From the NCBI GenBank assembly GCA_963718235.1, contig CAVQYR010000001.1:576001-640000 (forward strand): 64,000 bases of DNA. The letters run 5' to 3'. Under the pieces are notes generated by a model. It had not been told where the DNA came from and searched no databases. It saw nothing but the letters and a program-made list of their open reading frames with translations. Within the stretch, counting starts at the first letter, position 1, and the number at the start of each line of letters is the position of its first letter. The position numbers and the translations under genes were made by a program. Of this stretch, positions 1-10,166 are shown one piece after another. Origin of the DNA: an uncultured Actinomycetota bacterium (GTDB taxonomy: Bacteria > Actinomycetota > Actinomycetes > JAHEKZ01).

Positions 1-523
1 CCTCGTCGAGCCGAAGCTTGTACCGCTCGAGGGTCGCCAACGCCTGGTTGGCGCGCGACAGGATCGCTGCGGAGTCCTCGAGCACGTAGCGGCGACCCGC
101 GACGTACAACGCGATGATGTTCATCGACTGGCTCACCGAGATCACTGGATGACCGGTCTGCTTGGCGACCCGCTCGGCGGTGCGGTGCCGGGTACCCATC
201 TCGTCGGACTGGATGGTGGGGTCCGGCATCAGGTGGACGGCGGCCCGGTGCACCTTCGTGGCCTCGGTGTCCAAGATCACGGCGCCGTCCATCTTGGACA
301 GCTCGCGCAGACGGGTCGCGGTGAACTCGACGTCGACTTCGAAACCCCCGCTGCACAACGCCTCGACGGACTTGTCGTAGCCGAGCACGACGAGCCCGCC
401 GGTACGCCCGCGCAGGATCCGCTCGAGCCCGTCGCGCAGCGACGTGCCGGGCGCCATGGTGGCCAGGGTGCTGCGCAGCTGGGAGTCGGGGTCGGGAGCA
501 GTGGGCTTGTCAGCGGCTGCCAC
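1..523 (-). CDS. disA: DNA integrity scanning diadenylate cyclase DisA (5' part; runs off window)
   Basis: Not in ORF track. Manual translation from GTG at 523 (GGGGAG upstream): MAAADKPT...[25 protein letters not shown]...[13 protein letters not shown]...[11 protein letters not shown], i.e. DAC motifs DGA and RHR; lies downstream of radA as usual. Confidence 0.95.
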   Translation of the reverse strand, partial: MAAADKPTAPDPDSQLRSTLATMAPGTSLRDGLERILRGRTGGLVVLGYDKSVEALCSGGFEVDVEFTATRLRELSKMDGAVILDTEATKVHRAAVHLMPDPTIQSDEMGTRHRTAERVAKQTGHPVISVSQSMNIIALYVAGRRYVLEDSAAILSRANQALATLERYKLRLDE

Positions 524-608
524 GCGTTCACTCCCCGTTGCTCGGCGCCGGGCTGAGGTCGGAGCCCTCGATCGTGAGCACTCCGAAGCGCCGGCTCGTC
601 GCCGGAGT

Positions 609-1988
609 CTAGCCCGGCACGTGGTCGACCGAGGCCAGCATGAGACGCAGCGCGGCATGGATGTCTGGCACCTCGACGACCCGCATTCCGTCGGGTTCGG
701 GCACCGACCCCGACGGCACGATCGCTCGCGTGAACCCGAACCGGGCCGCCTCGGCGAGCCGGCGGGAGAGTCCGGTGACCGCCCGGATCTCCCCGGCCAG
801 CCCGACCTCTCCGATCGCGACGAGGTCGGCGGGCAGCGGCCGGTCGATCACCGCGCTGGCGATCGCGAGGGCCACCGCGAGATCGGTGGACGGCTCTCGC
901 AGCTGGACCCCTCCGACGGTGGCCGCGTAGACCTCCGACTGGGTCAGCGGGATGCGTCCGCGCCGGTCGAGCACGGCCAGGATCATCGAGGTGCGCGACG
1001 AGTCGAGCCCGGACGTGGCCCGGCGCGGGTTGTTCTGCGAGGTCGGGGTGACCAGGGCCTGGACCTCGGCGACGAGCGGCCGGCGGCCCTCCAGGGTCAC
1101 GGTCACGCACGTGCCTGGAACGGGCTCGTCGCGTCGGGTGAGGAACAGACCGCTCGGGTCGGCCAGCCCGACGATGCCGGCTTCGTTGAGGTCGAAGCAG
1201 CCGACCTCGTCGGTGGGGCCGAAGCGGTTCTTCACGGCGCGCACGAGTCGCAGCCGGTTGTGCCGGTCTCCCTCGAAGGAGAGGACGACGTCGACGAGGT
1301 GCTCCAGGAGACGCGGGCCGGCGACCGAGCCGTCCTTGGTGACGTGCCCGACGAGCACGGTCGCGATCCCGCGCTCCTTGGCCACCCGGATCAGGGTGGC
1401 CGCGACCTCGCGCACCTGGGTCACGCCCCCCGGCGAGCCGTCGACGTCGGGACTGGCGACGGTCTGCACCGAGTCGAGCACGAGCAGGCCGGGCTGCACG
1501 GCGTCGATCTGCCCGAGCACCGCGGACAGGTCGTTCTCGGCAGCCAGCCACAGCCGCGCGTTCACCGCGCTGATCCGGTCGGCGCGCAGCCTCACCTGGG
1601 CGGCCGACTCCTCGCCGGTGACGTACAACGTGGTGATCCCGTCGCGGGCCGTGCGGGCTGCGACGTCGAGCAGCAGGGTGGACTTGCCGACGCCGGGCTC
1701 ACCGGCCAGCAGGACGACGCCTCCGGGGACCAGGCCGCCGCCGAGCACCCGGTCGAGCTCGGCGACGCCGGTAGGCCGGGCCCGGGCCGCCTCGACGTCG
1801 ACCTCGACGATCGGCCGGGCCGGGGCGCTGACCGGCCCCGCCGTCGCTCCGCGGGTGCGGACCACCCCGACCTCATCGACGCTGCCCCAGGCCTGGCACT
1901 CACCGCACCGGCCGACCCACTTCGAGGTGGTCCAGCCGCACTCGGCGCAGCGGAACGCCGGGCGGTCCTTGGCGGAGGGCTTGACCAT
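609..1988 (-). CDS. radA: DNA repair protein RadA/Sms
   Basis: C4 zinc finger CAECG..CGEC, Walker [15 protein letters not shown] motif, Lon-like C-terminus ([11 protein letters not shown]). Confidence 0.98.
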   Translation of the reverse strand: MVKPSAKDRPAFRCAECGWTTSKWVGRCGECQAWGSVDEVGVVRTRGATAGPVSAPARPIVEVDVEAARARPTGVAELDRVLGGGLVPGGVVLLAGEPGVGKSTLLLDVAARTARDGITTLYVTGEESAAQVRLRADRISAVNARLWLAAENDLSAVLGQIDAVQPGLLVLDSVQTVASPDVDGSPGGVTQVREVAATLIRVAKERGIATVLVGHVTKDGSVAGPRLLEHLVDVVLSFEGDRHNRLRLVRAVKNRFGPTDEVGCFDLNEAGIVGLADPSGLFLTRRDEPVPGTCVTVTLEGRRPLVAEVQALVTPTSQNNPRRATSGLDSSRTSMILAVLDRRGRIPLTQSEVYAATVGGVQLREPSTDLAVALAIASAVIDRPLPADLVAIGEVGLAGEIRAVTGLSRRLAEAARFGFTRAIVPSGSVPEPDGMRVVEVPDIHAALRLMLASVDHVPG

Positions 1989-2022
1989 GAGGGCACGGTA
2001 GCCGCCCGCGCTGACAGGACGG

Positions 2023-2811
2023 TCAGCCGCGGGGAGTCTCGCGGGTGCGACCCTTCCGGGGCGGCTGCAGGGCAGCTGCCTGGACGGTGGCGGGGTGCGG
2101 CGCCGGCTGGTGGCCGGCCGCGACCCGCTCGTCGCACAGCCGGACGAGCTCGGCGTAGGCGGCCTCGCCCATCAGGGCCACGAGCTCGTCGTGACCGCTC
2201 ACGTACACCGGGCTGCTCGCCACATGGGCCTCGGTGTTCCCGGTGCAGTACCAGGACAGGTCGTGCCCGCCCTCTCCCCAGCCGCGGCGGTCGTACTCAC
2301 CGACGCTGATCTCGAGGTACTCGGTGCCGTCGGGCCGCTCCACGTGGCGGTAGGTGCGTCGGATGGGCAGCTGCCAGCAGACCTCGGGCTTGGTCTCGGT
2401 GATCGGCAGCCCCTTCCTCAGGGCCAGCTTGTGCAGGACGCACCCGGCTCCGGCCGGGAAGCCCGGCCGGTTCAGGAACACGCAGGCGCCGTCGACGACG
2501 CGCGTCTTGCGGTCACCCTCGTCGTCCTTCTCGGTCGTCTTCTTGGCCCCGTGGAACTGCCAGTCGTCGGCGGTCAGCTCGGCGGCCCACTTCTTGACCC
2601 GCTTCTCGTCGTCCTTGTCGGAGAAGTGGGCGCCGAGGGTGCAGCACCCGTCGTCGGGGCGGCCGGCGTAGATCCCCTTGCACCCGGAGCCGTAGATGCA
2701 GGTCCAGGACGAGGTCAGCCAGGTGAGGTCGCAGCGGAACACCTGGTCGGCGTCGACGGGGTCGGTGAACTCCACCCATGCGCGAGGGAAATCCAGCATG
2801 ACTTCGGGCAC
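2023..2811 (-). CDS. Conserved Cys-rich actinobacterial hypothetical protein (Rv0495c-like)
   Basis: C-terminal part of ORF 2023..3609; start GTG 2811 preceded by TACCCT at 6 nt. Motifs [39 protein letters not shown]; divergent from ppx as in the conserved locus. Confidence 0.8.
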   Translation of the reverse strand: MPEVMLDFPRAWVEFTDPVDADQVFRCDLTWLTSSWTCIYGSGCKGIYAGRPDDGCCTLGAHFSDKDDEKRVKKWAAELTADDWQFHGAKKTTEKDDEGDRKTRVVDGACVFLNRPGFPAGAGCVLHKLALRKGLPITETKPEVCWQLPIRRTYRHVERPDGTEYLEISVGEYDRRGWGEGGHDLSWYCTGNTEAHVASSPVYVSGHDELVALMGEAAYAELVRLCDERVAAGHQPAPHPATVQAAALQPPRKGRTRETPRG

Positions 2812-2853
2812 CGGATCAGGGTAGGGCCCCAGTCGGGGAGTAGCGTCGCCGGC

Positions 2854-3783
2854 ATGCGGCTCGGTGTGCTGGACGTCGGATCGAACACGGTGCACCTGCT
2901 CGTCGTCGACGCCCACCACGGTGCTGCGCCGCGCTCGAAGTACTCCTACAAGACGCAGCTGCGGCTGGCCGAGGCGCTGGAGGCTGACGACTCGATCGGG
3001 CCCGAGGGAGTCGAGCGGCTCGTCACGTTCGTCGGGGAGGCTGCGCAGGTCGCCGAGGACAAGGGCGCGCAGGCGATGCTGCCGTTCGCGACCTCGGCGA
3101 TCCGGGAGGCGCCCAACGGCGAGGCGGTGCTCGACACCGTGCGCGCGAAGACGGGGGTCGACCTGCAGGTCCTGACCGGTGAGGAGGAGGCGCGGCTCAC
3201 GTTCCTCGCCGTCCGACGGTGGTTCGGCTGGTCCAGCGGCCGACTCCTGGTGTTCGACATCGGTGGTGGGTCGTTGGAGGTCGCAGTCGGTCGGGGGGAA
3301 TCGCCCGAGGCTGCGTTCTCGCTGCCGCTGGGCGCCGGTCGCCTCACCCGTGACTGGCTCGAGGGAGACCCACCCGATCCGGCCCAGGTGAAGCGGATGC
3401 GCAAGTACGTGCGCGCCGAGATCGCTCGGCTGGCACCGGAGCTGGGCGAGCTCGAGGGAGAGCTGCACGCCGTCGGCACGTCGAAGACGTTCCGACAGCT
3501 GGCGAGGATCACCGGCGCCGCCCCGTCCGAGGCCGGACCCTACGTCCGGCGGGTCCTGCCGCACGCCGAGCTGCTCGACTGGATCCCTCGCCTGTCGACA
3601 ATGACCCACGACGACCGTGTGCAGCTTCCGGGTGTCTCACCCGGCCGGGCCGGGCAGCTGCTCGCCGGCGCGGTCGTTGCCGACGCCTGCATGGACCTGT
3701 TCGAGGTCGACCGACTGACGATCTGCCCCTGGGCGCTGCGAGAGGGCGTGATCTTGCGCCGGTTGGACACGATGGACCGATGA
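2854..3783 (+). CDS. ppx: Ppx/GppA family exopolyphosphatase
   Basis: [50 protein letters not shown]; ATG 2854 is 7 nt after TAGCGT. Confidence 0.95.
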   Translation: MRLGVLDVGSNTVHLLVVDAHHGAAPRSKYSYKTQLRLAEALEADDSIGPEGVERLVTFVGEAAQVAEDKGAQAMLPFATSAIREAPNGEAVLDTVRAKTGVDLQVLTGEEEARLTFLAVRRWFGWSSGRLLVFDIGGGSLEVAVGRGESPEAAFSLPLGAGRLTRDWLEGDPPDPAQVKRMRKYVRAEIARLAPELGELEGELHAVGTSKTFRQLARITGAAPSEAGPYVRRVLPHAELLDWIPRLSTMTHDDRVQLPGVSPGRAGQLLAGAVVADACMDLFEVDRLTICPWALREGVILRRLDTMDR

Positions 3784-4598
3784 GCAGCGCGGTGCGTGTT
3801 CCCGATGCCAAGGTCGCGCTGTCGACGGCGTCGGCGTACCCGGAGTCGACGGCGTCGGCCTTCGAGCTGGCCGCGCGCCTGGGCTACGACGGGATCGAGG
3901 TGATGGTAGGTACCGACGCCATCAGCCAGGACCCGCAGGCCCTGCAGCGGCTCTCGGACTACCACCAGGTTCCGATCCTGGCGATCCACTCGCCGTGCCT
4001 GCTCATCACCCAACGGGTGTGGGGGACCGATCCGTGGGGCAAGCTCGTCCGCGCCAAGGAGGTCGCCGAGCAGCTGAGCACGCCAGTGGTCGTGGTCCAC
4101 CCACCGTTTCGTTGGCAGCGCGACTACGCGCGCGACTTCGTGGGCGGGCTCGCGCGGATGGCGTCGGAGACCGACGTGGTGTTCGCCGTGGAGAACATGT
4201 TCCCGTGGCGTGCGCGCGGACGCGAGGTCGCCGCGTACGCGCCGGACTGGAACCCCGTGGACGACGACTACGAGCACCTCACCCTCGACCTCTCGCACAC
4301 CGCCGTCTCCGGTGACGACGCGCTCGCGATGGCTGAGGCGATGGGTTCGCGACTGGCCCACGTGCACCTGGCCGACGGCTCGGGGTCGAACCGCGACGAG
4401 CACCTGGTGCCCGGGCGCGGCACCCAACCGTGCTCGGTGCTGCTGGAGCGGCTCGCCGGCCAGTCCTTCGCCGGCTCGGTGGTGCTCGAGGTGAACACCC
4501 GCAAGGCAGCGAGCCGTGCCGAGCGTGAGGCCGACCTCGCCGAGGCCCTGGCCTTCACCCGGCTCAACCTCGTCGCCGCGGAGCCGCTGGCGACATGA
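3780..4598 (+). CDS. Sugar-phosphate isomerase/epimerase (xylose isomerase-like TIM barrel)
   Basis: [42 protein letters not shown] metal-binding pattern; overlaps ppx stop (ATGA). Confidence 0.88.
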   Translation: MSSAVRVPDAKVALSTASAYPESTASAFELAARLGYDGIEVMVGTDAISQDPQALQRLSDYHQVPILAIHSPCLLITQRVWGTDPWGKLVRAKEVAEQLSTPVVVVHPPFRWQRDYARDFVGGLARMASETDVVFAVENMFPWRARGREVAAYAPDWNPVDDDYEHLTLDLSHTAVSGDDALAMAEAMGSRLAHVHLADGSGSNRDEHLVPGRGTQPCSVLLERLAGQSFAGSVVLEVNTRKAASRAEREADLAEALAFTRLNLVAAEPLAT

Positions 4599-5347
4599 GC
4601 CGCGACCGGGGACCCACGGTGCGAGAGCCGGGATCGGCATCCGCCGTCGTCGTCGAGCAGCTGCGGGTCAGCCGTGGCGGGCGGCTGGTCCTGCGCGACC
4701 TCAGTGTCGAGATCGCCCGCAGTGAGGTGACCGGTCTGCTGGGTCCCAGCGGCTCCGGCAAGACCACCCTGATGCGGTCGCTCGTCGGGGTGCAGGTGGT
4801 CGAGTCCGGGGCCATCACCGTGCTCGGTCGCCCAGCGGGCGCCGCCGAGCTGCGCCAGTCGGTCGGCTACGTCACCCAGTCCACCTCGGTGTACGGCGAC
4901 CTCACCGTGCGGTCGAACCTGCGCTACTTCGCGAAGGTCCTCGGCGCACCACGCGACGACGTCGACCGGGTGATCGACGAGGTCGACCTCGTGGACGGCG
5001 CCGACCAGCTGGTCAACCAGCTGTCCGGCGGGCAGCAGTCCCGGGTCTCGTTGGCGGTGGCCCTGCTCGGGTCCCCCGAGCTCCTCGTGCTCGACGAGCC
5101 GACGGTCGGCCTCGACCCCGTGCTGCGCCGGGACCTGTGGGCGCTGTTCCACCGGCTCGCGCGCACCGGGATCAGCCTGCTGGTGTCCAGCCACGTCATG
5201 GACGAGGCCTCGCGCTGCGACCGGCTCCTCCTCCTGCGCGACGGCGAGCTGCTGGCCGACGCCACGCTGCAGTCGCTGCTCGAGCGCACGGGGACGACCG
5301 ACGTCGAGCAGGCCTTCCTGTCCCTGATCGAGGGGAGGGCACGTTGA
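4595..5347 (+). CDS. ABC transporter ATP-binding protein
   Basis: [29 protein letters not shown]. Confidence 0.95.
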   Translation: MSRDRGPTVREPGSASAVVVEQLRVSRGGRLVLRDLSVEIARSEVTGLLGPSGSGKTTLMRSLVGVQVVESGAITVLGRPAGAAELRQSVGYVTQSTSVYGDLTVRSNLRYFAKVLGAPRDDVDRVIDEVDLVDGADQLVNQLSGGQQSRVSLAVALLGSPELLVLDEPTVGLDPVLRRDLWALFHRLARTGISLLVSSHVMDEASRCDRLLLLRDGELLADATLQSLLERTGTTDVEQAFLSLIEGRAR

Positions 5348-6075
5348 CCCGGCACCGGACGACGGCGACCGCCGGCCGGGTCCTCGGCCAGCTGCGCAAC
5401 GACCCGCGCACGATCGCGCTGCTGCTCGTGGTCCCGGCGGTGCTGATGGGTCTTCTGGCATGGATGCTGCCCGCGAGTGACTTCGACCAGTTCGGTCCGC
5501 CCCTGCTCGGCATCTTCCCGCTCATCGTGATGTTCCTGGTCACGTCGGTGGCCACGTTGCGGGAGCGGGCCTCCGGGACGCTCGAGCGGCTGCTGTCCAT
5601 GCCGATCGCCAAGGCCGACTTCGTGCTCGGGTACGCCCTGGCCTTCGGCGCCTTCGCCGTCGCGCAGGCCTTCATCGTCTACGGGCTGTCGTTCGGGCTG
5701 TACGGCCTCGACGTCCGTGGCTCGCCATGGCTGCTGCTGCTCGTCACCGTCGTCGACGCGCTGCTCGGCACCGCGCTCGGGCTGTTCGTCAGCGCCTTCG
5801 CAACCACGGAGTTCCAGGCGGTCCAGTTCATGCCGGCCTTGATCCTGCCGCAGCTGCTGCTGTGCGGCTTGATCGTCCCGCGCGACGAGCTGCCCACCGC
5901 ACTGCGTCTGCTGTCCAACGTCCTGCCGATGTCCTACGCCGTCGACGCGACACAACAAGTGGTCGCGTATGAGGCCGTGACGTCCATCTACTGGTCCAGC
6001 CTGGCTGTGGTGGCCGGATTCATGGTCGTCTCGCTCGGTCTCGGGGCCGCGACGCTGCGGCGGCGGACTCCGTAG
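5344..6075 (+). CDS. ABC-2 type transporter permease
   Basis: TTG start overlapping upstream stop; RERASGTLERLL, ATTEFQAVQFMP, ~6 hydrophobic segments. Confidence 0.92.
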   Translation: MTRHRTTATAGRVLGQLRNDPRTIALLLVVPAVLMGLLAWMLPASDFDQFGPPLLGIFPLIVMFLVTSVATLRERASGTLERLLSMPIAKADFVLGYALAFGAFAVAQAFIVYGLSFGLYGLDVRGSPWLLLLVTVVDALLGTALGLFVSAFATTEFQAVQFMPALILPQLLLCGLIVPRDELPTALRLLSNVLPMSYAVDATQQVVAYEAVTSIYWSSLAVVAGFMVVSLGLGAATLRRRTP

Positions 6076-6094
6076 CCGTCAGTAGAGTGGCGTC

Positions 6095-7024
6095 GTGATT
6101 CGACGCGTCCTGCTGGCCATGTCCGACAACAACGCGGTGAAGCAGCTGGCCACGACCACCCCCGGCGTCAGCGGGGTGGTCACCCGCTTCGCCGCGGGCG
6201 AGACAACCGAGGACGCCGTCGCGGCGACCCGCGCACTCGTGGGCGCAGGGCACCTGGTGACGCTCGACCACCTCGGTGAGGACACCCTCGACGAGGGCCG
6301 GGCGACCGCGACCAGGAACGCCTACGGCGAGCTGCTCGGCAGGCTGGCCGACGAGGGGCTGGCCGGGGAGGCCGAGGTGTCGGTGAAGCTCTCGGCGGTC
6401 GGGCAGGCGCTCCCGGGTGATGGACCCCGGATCGCCACCGACAACGCCCGAACGATCTGTGAGGCGGCGTCGGCGGCGGGGACGACGGTGACCCTCGACA
6501 TGGAGGACCACACCACCACCGACCTGACCCTGGAGACGCTCCGCACCCTGCGGGTGGACTTCCCCCAGACGGGCGCGGTGCTCCAGGCATACCTGCACCG
6601 GACGCTGGGTGACTGCGTGGACCTCGCCTACGAAGGCTCCCGGATCCGCCTGTGCAAGGGCGCGTACAAGGAGCCCGAGTCGGTCGCCTTCGTCGAGCGT
6701 GACGAGGTCGACCGCGCCTACGTCCGTTGTCTGAAGGTGCTGCTGCAGGGGCAGGGCTACCCGATGATCGCCACGCACGACGACCGTCTCGTCCGGATCG
6801 CCGAGGCGCTGACGGTGCGCTACGGGCGGGGCGTCGACGAGTACGAGTTCCAGATGCTGTTCGGTGTCCGCACGGGGGAGCAGCGCCGGCTCGTCGACGC
6901 CGGGCACGCGGTGCGGGTGTACGTGCCCTACGGCACCGAGTGGTACGGCTACCTGGTGCGACGGATGGCCGAGCGTCCGGCCAACCTCACCCTCGGCGTG
7001 CGTGCCATCCTGGGGCAGGGCTGA
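6095..7024 (+). CDS. Monofunctional proline dehydrogenase
   Basis: RFAAGET, TLDHLGE, SVKLSA, LDMED, VLQAYLHRT, RLCKGAY, ATHD, FQMLFG, YVPYG..WYGYLVRRMAERP. Confidence 0.95.
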   Translation: MIRRVLLAMSDNNAVKQLATTTPGVSGVVTRFAAGETTEDAVAATRALVGAGHLVTLDHLGEDTLDEGRATATRNAYGELLGRLADEGLAGEAEVSVKLSAVGQALPGDGPRIATDNARTICEAASAAGTTVTLDMEDHTTTDLTLETLRTLRVDFPQTGAVLQAYLHRTLGDCVDLAYEGSRIRLCKGAYKEPESVAFVERDEVDRAYVRCLKVLLQGQGYPMIATHDDRLVRIAEALTVRYGRGVDEYEFQMLFGVRTGEQRRLVDAGHAVRVYVPYGTEWYGYLVRRMAERPANLTLGVRAILGQG

Positions 7025-7073
7025 CCGGCCGACCTCTCGGCCCAGGCCGACCACCGACGCGTGAGGACTGACG

Positions 7074-7883
7074 ATGAGTGACCGGGTAGCCATTCTCGGG
7101 ACCGGCAAGATGGGTGAGGCGCTGCTGTCGGGGTTGCTGCGTTCGGGGTTTCCGGCATCGTCGCTGGTGGTCAGCACCCGCAGCCCGCAACGGGCCGAGG
7201 TGCTCGCCCAGCGGCACGGCGTCGAGGTGGCGGGCAGCGCCGCGGCCGTGGCATCGGCCGACACGGTCGTGATCGCCGTCAAGCCGCAGGACATGTCGGC
7301 GCTGCTCGACGAGGTCGCCGGCCAGGTCACCGCGGACCAGCTGGTCGTCTCGGTGGCCGCGGGGATCACGACGTCGTTCCTGGAGGCCCGCCTCGGCGAC
7401 CAGGTGCCCGTCGTCCGGGTGATGTCGAACACTCCGGTTCTCGTCGACGAGGCGATGAGCGCGCTGTCGGCTGGCTCGCACGCCGACGAGTCGCACCTGG
7501 CCCGAACCGAGGCGCTGCTGCGGTCGGTCGGGCAGACGATCCGGGTCCCGGAGTCGCAGCAGGACGCCGTGACGGCGCTGTCGGGCAGCGGTCCGGCGTA
7601 CTTCTTCTACCTCGTCGAGGCGATGACCGACGCCGGGATCCTGCTCGGGCTGCCGCGCAGCGTCGCCCACGACCTGATCGTGCAGACCGCGATCGGGGCC
7701 GCAGTCATGCTGCGCGACTCCGGGGAGGCGCCGCAGACCCTGCGCGAGGCGGTGATGTCCCCGGCCGGCACCACGATCGCGGCGATCCGGGAGATGGAGA
7801 ACCACAAGGTCCGGGCCGCCTTCCTGGCTGCCCTGGAGGCTGCCCGCGACCGCAGCCGCGAGCTCGCCTCCGGCCACGAGTAA
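7074..7883 (+). CDS. proC: Pyrroline-5-carboxylate reductase
   Basis: GTGKMG, AVKPQ, RVMSNTP, TALSGSGPAY, SPAGTT. Confidence 0.97.
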   Translation: MSDRVAILGTGKMGEALLSGLLRSGFPASSLVVSTRSPQRAEVLAQRHGVEVAGSAAAVASADTVVIAVKPQDMSALLDEVAGQVTADQLVVSVAAGITTSFLEARLGDQVPVVRVMSNTPVLVDEAMSALSAGSHADESHLARTEALLRSVGQTIRVPESQQDAVTALSGSGPAYFFYLVEAMTDAGILLGLPRSVAHDLIVQTAIGAAVMLRDSGEAPQTLREAVMSPAGTTIAAIREMENHKVRAAFLAALEAARDRSRELASGHE

Positions 7884-7994
7884 CCCGCCCGCGCCGTCCG
7901 GCCGACCCGGCGACCCCGCCGTCCCGGCCCCTTCGACCGATGATCAGGTTTGCTGGCCCTGACGTGGCTTGACCGACCGTAGAAGGCCCCGTTT

Positions 7995-8029
7995 CGGGCT
8001 CACGATCAGCAAACCTGATCGTGAGCCCG
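7995..8029. terminator. Perfect 15-bp hairpin between convergent proC and trkA
   Basis: CGGGCTCACGATCAG-caaac-CTGATCGTGAGCCCG. Confidence 0.7.
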
Positions 8030-8033
8030 GGGG

Positions 8034-8738
8034 TCAGGTGGTGTGGGCGAAGCGCTCGAGGGCGTCGATGCGACCGGCGACGGCGAGCGTCGAGCCGGGA
8101 GTCAGCTCGGTGTCGGGGGTGGCGTAGGTGAACGCGTGACCCGGCACCTTGATCCCGACCACGGTCACGTCGTACGTGCGGCGCAGGTGCGCGTCGGCCA
8201 GCGTCTGGCCGGCGTGGTCGGGCGGGACCAGCATCTTCACGACCGCGAAGTCGTCGTCGAAGCGGATGTAGTCGAGCAGGTGGTCCGACACCAGGTGGGC
8301 CACCCGCTCGCCCGCCTCGGACTCCGGGTACGTCACCCGGTGCGCGCCGATCCGCTCGAGGATCCGCCCGTGCTCGACCGTGATGGCCTTGGCCCAGATC
8401 GTCCCCACCCCGAGGTCGACCAGCACGCTGGTCGACAGCACGCTGGCCTCGATGCCGTGTCCGATGGCCACCACAGCGTGGCTGAAGTCGGCGGCACCGA
8501 GCTGCTGCATGGCCAGCAGGTCCGTGGCGTCGGCCTGGACGGCGTGGGTCACCGTGTCGGCGATCCGCTGCACCAGGTCGGCCTTGGTGTCGACGGCCAG
8601 CACCTCCCGGCCGAGTGACACCAGGGTCGTGGCCACCGCACTGCCGAACCGGCCCAGGCCGACCACGAGCACCGGCTCCCGGTCGGAACCCGACGCTCCT
8701 CTGCTTCGTCTTGGTCCTTGGTCAGCCAACGAGGACAC
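8034..8738 (-). CDS. trkA: TrkA/KtrA potassium uptake regulatory subunit (RCK_N + RCK_C)
   Basis: VVGLGRFG, QADATD, AVVAIG, IWAKA, YPESEAGERVAH, YDVTVVGIK. Confidence 0.93.
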   Translation of the reverse strand: MSSLADQGPRRSRGASGSDREPVLVVGLGRFGSAVATTLVSLGREVLAVDTKADLVQRIADTVTHAVQADATDLLAMQQLGAADFSHAVVAIGHGIEASVLSTSVLVDLGVGTIWAKAITVEHGRILERIGAHRVTYPESEAGERVAHLVSDHLLDYIRFDDDFAVVKMLVPPDHAGQTLADAHLRRTYDVTVVGIKVPGHAFTYATPDTELTPGSTLAVAGRIDALERFAHTT

Positions 8739-10107
8739 GTCCTTCCGGCAGGTGGTAGCGACGGTCGCGGGCCCTCAGGGCGAGGGCCACGGCCAGAGTG
8801 GTCGGTCCGACCCGCCCGACGAACATCAGCAGGGCCAGCAGCACCTGCGCGGGGTCGTCGAGCGTTCCGGTGAGGCCGGCCGAGAGCCCCACCGTGCCCA
8901 GCGCGGAGATGACCTCGAACAGCGCCTGGTCGAGGTCGGCGCCCGACAGGGGGATCAGCGCGAGCGTCCCGGCGACCGACAGCATGGCGAAGACGACGGT
9001 GATCGTCAGGGCCTGCTGGACCGTGGCCAGTGACAGCCGGCGTTGACCGACGTCGACCTCACGGTCGCCGCGTGCCTGGGCCCACAGGACCAGCAGCAGC
9101 ACGGCCAAGGTCGTGACCCGGATCCCGCCCGCGGTGCTGACCGAGCCGCCGCCGACGAACATGAGCGTGTTGGTCACCAGAAGGGTCTCCGGGTTCGCCT
9201 CGGCGTAGTCGAAGGTGTTGAAGCCGGCCGTGCGCGGGCTGACGCTGCCGAACCACGCGTTCAGGGTCTTGGTCGCCACCGACATCGGACCGAAGGTGGC
9301 CGGGTTGTCCCACTCCGAGGCGAGCACGGAGAACAGGCCGTAGGCCAGGAGAGCCAGCGTGACCCAGATCGTCACCCTGGAGTGCAGCGAGAACGCACGC
9401 CAGCCCCTGCGTGGGTCGAACAGGTCGAACAGCACAGGGATGCCGATACCGCCGAGGATGATGGCCGCCGAGACCGTGAGCAGGACCACCGGGTCGCCGG
9501 CAAATCCCATCAGGCTGTTGCTGAACAGCGCGAAGCCGGCATTGTTGAACGCCGTGACTGCGTGGAAGACCCCGAGCCACACGGCGTGCCCGAACGGCTC
9601 GCCGTAGCCGAGCCACCAGCGCAACGTCAGGACGACGGCGCAGAACAGCTCGACCGCGAAGGTCAGCGCGGCGATCGTCACCACGACCCGGCGCACGTCG
9701 CCGAGGGCGGTGACGCCCGTCTCGGTCGAGGTGTACAGGCGCGCCCGAAGACCGAGCCGGCGGGACACCAGCAGGCTGAGCAGGGCGGCCCCGGTCGTGA
9801 TGCCCAACCCACCGACCTGCACGAGGAGCAGGATCACCGCCTCGCCGAACCCCGACCAGTAGGTGGCCGTGTCGACCGTGGACAGGCCGGTGACCGATAC
9901 CGCCGACGTCGAGGTGAACAGCGCGGTGATCAGCGGCGCGCCGCCGGGACCGCTGCGGGCGAAAGGGAGCATCAGAAGGAAGGTCCCGACCACGACGACG
10001 CCGCCCAGCAGGGCGGCCACGAAGGCGGCGGGCCGCGTGGCCCGCTGTCGGGCCAGTCGCCCGCGAATACCGCGGTCACCGGCCCGTGACGGGAAGAGCA
10101 GGTTCAC
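8722..10107 (-). CDS. trkH: TrkH/KtrB potassium uptake membrane subunit
   Basis: Four pore-loop motifs: SAVSVTGL, TAFNNAGF, SPRTAGF, SALGTVGLS; MFVGRVGP. Confidence 0.94.
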   Translation of the reverse strand: MNLLFPSRAGDRGIRGRLARQRATRPAAFVAALLGGVVVVGTFLLMLPFARSGPGGAPLITALFTSTSAVSVTGLSTVDTATYWSGFGEAVILLLVQVGGLGITTGAALLSLLVSRRLGLRARLYTSTETGVTALGDVRRVVVTIAALTFAVELFCAVVLTLRWWLGYGEPFGHAVWLGVFHAVTAFNNAGFALFSNSLMGFAGDPVVLLTVSAAIILGGIGIPVLFDLFDPRRGWRAFSLHSRVTIWVTLALLAYGLFSVLASEWDNPATFGPMSVATKTLNAWFGSVSPRTAGFNTFDYAEANPETLLVTNTLMFVGGGSVSTAGGIRVTTLAVLLLVLWAQARGDREVDVGQRRLSLATVQQALTITVVFAMLSVAGTLALIPLSGADLDQALFEVISALGTVGLSAGLTGTLDDPAQVLLALLMFVGRVGPTTLAVALALRARDRRYHLPEGRVLVG

Positions 10108-10166
10108 TGGTCCTCCCGTCGACTCTCGTGGCGCGAGCAGCGCCGGGGCAAACCTACGATGGACGA

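Noticed and set aside
6095-7883. Proline dehydrogenase next to proC as a novel redox cycle
   Set aside because: This neighbourhood is, to my knowledge, common in Actinomycetia; nothing unusual in the sequence.
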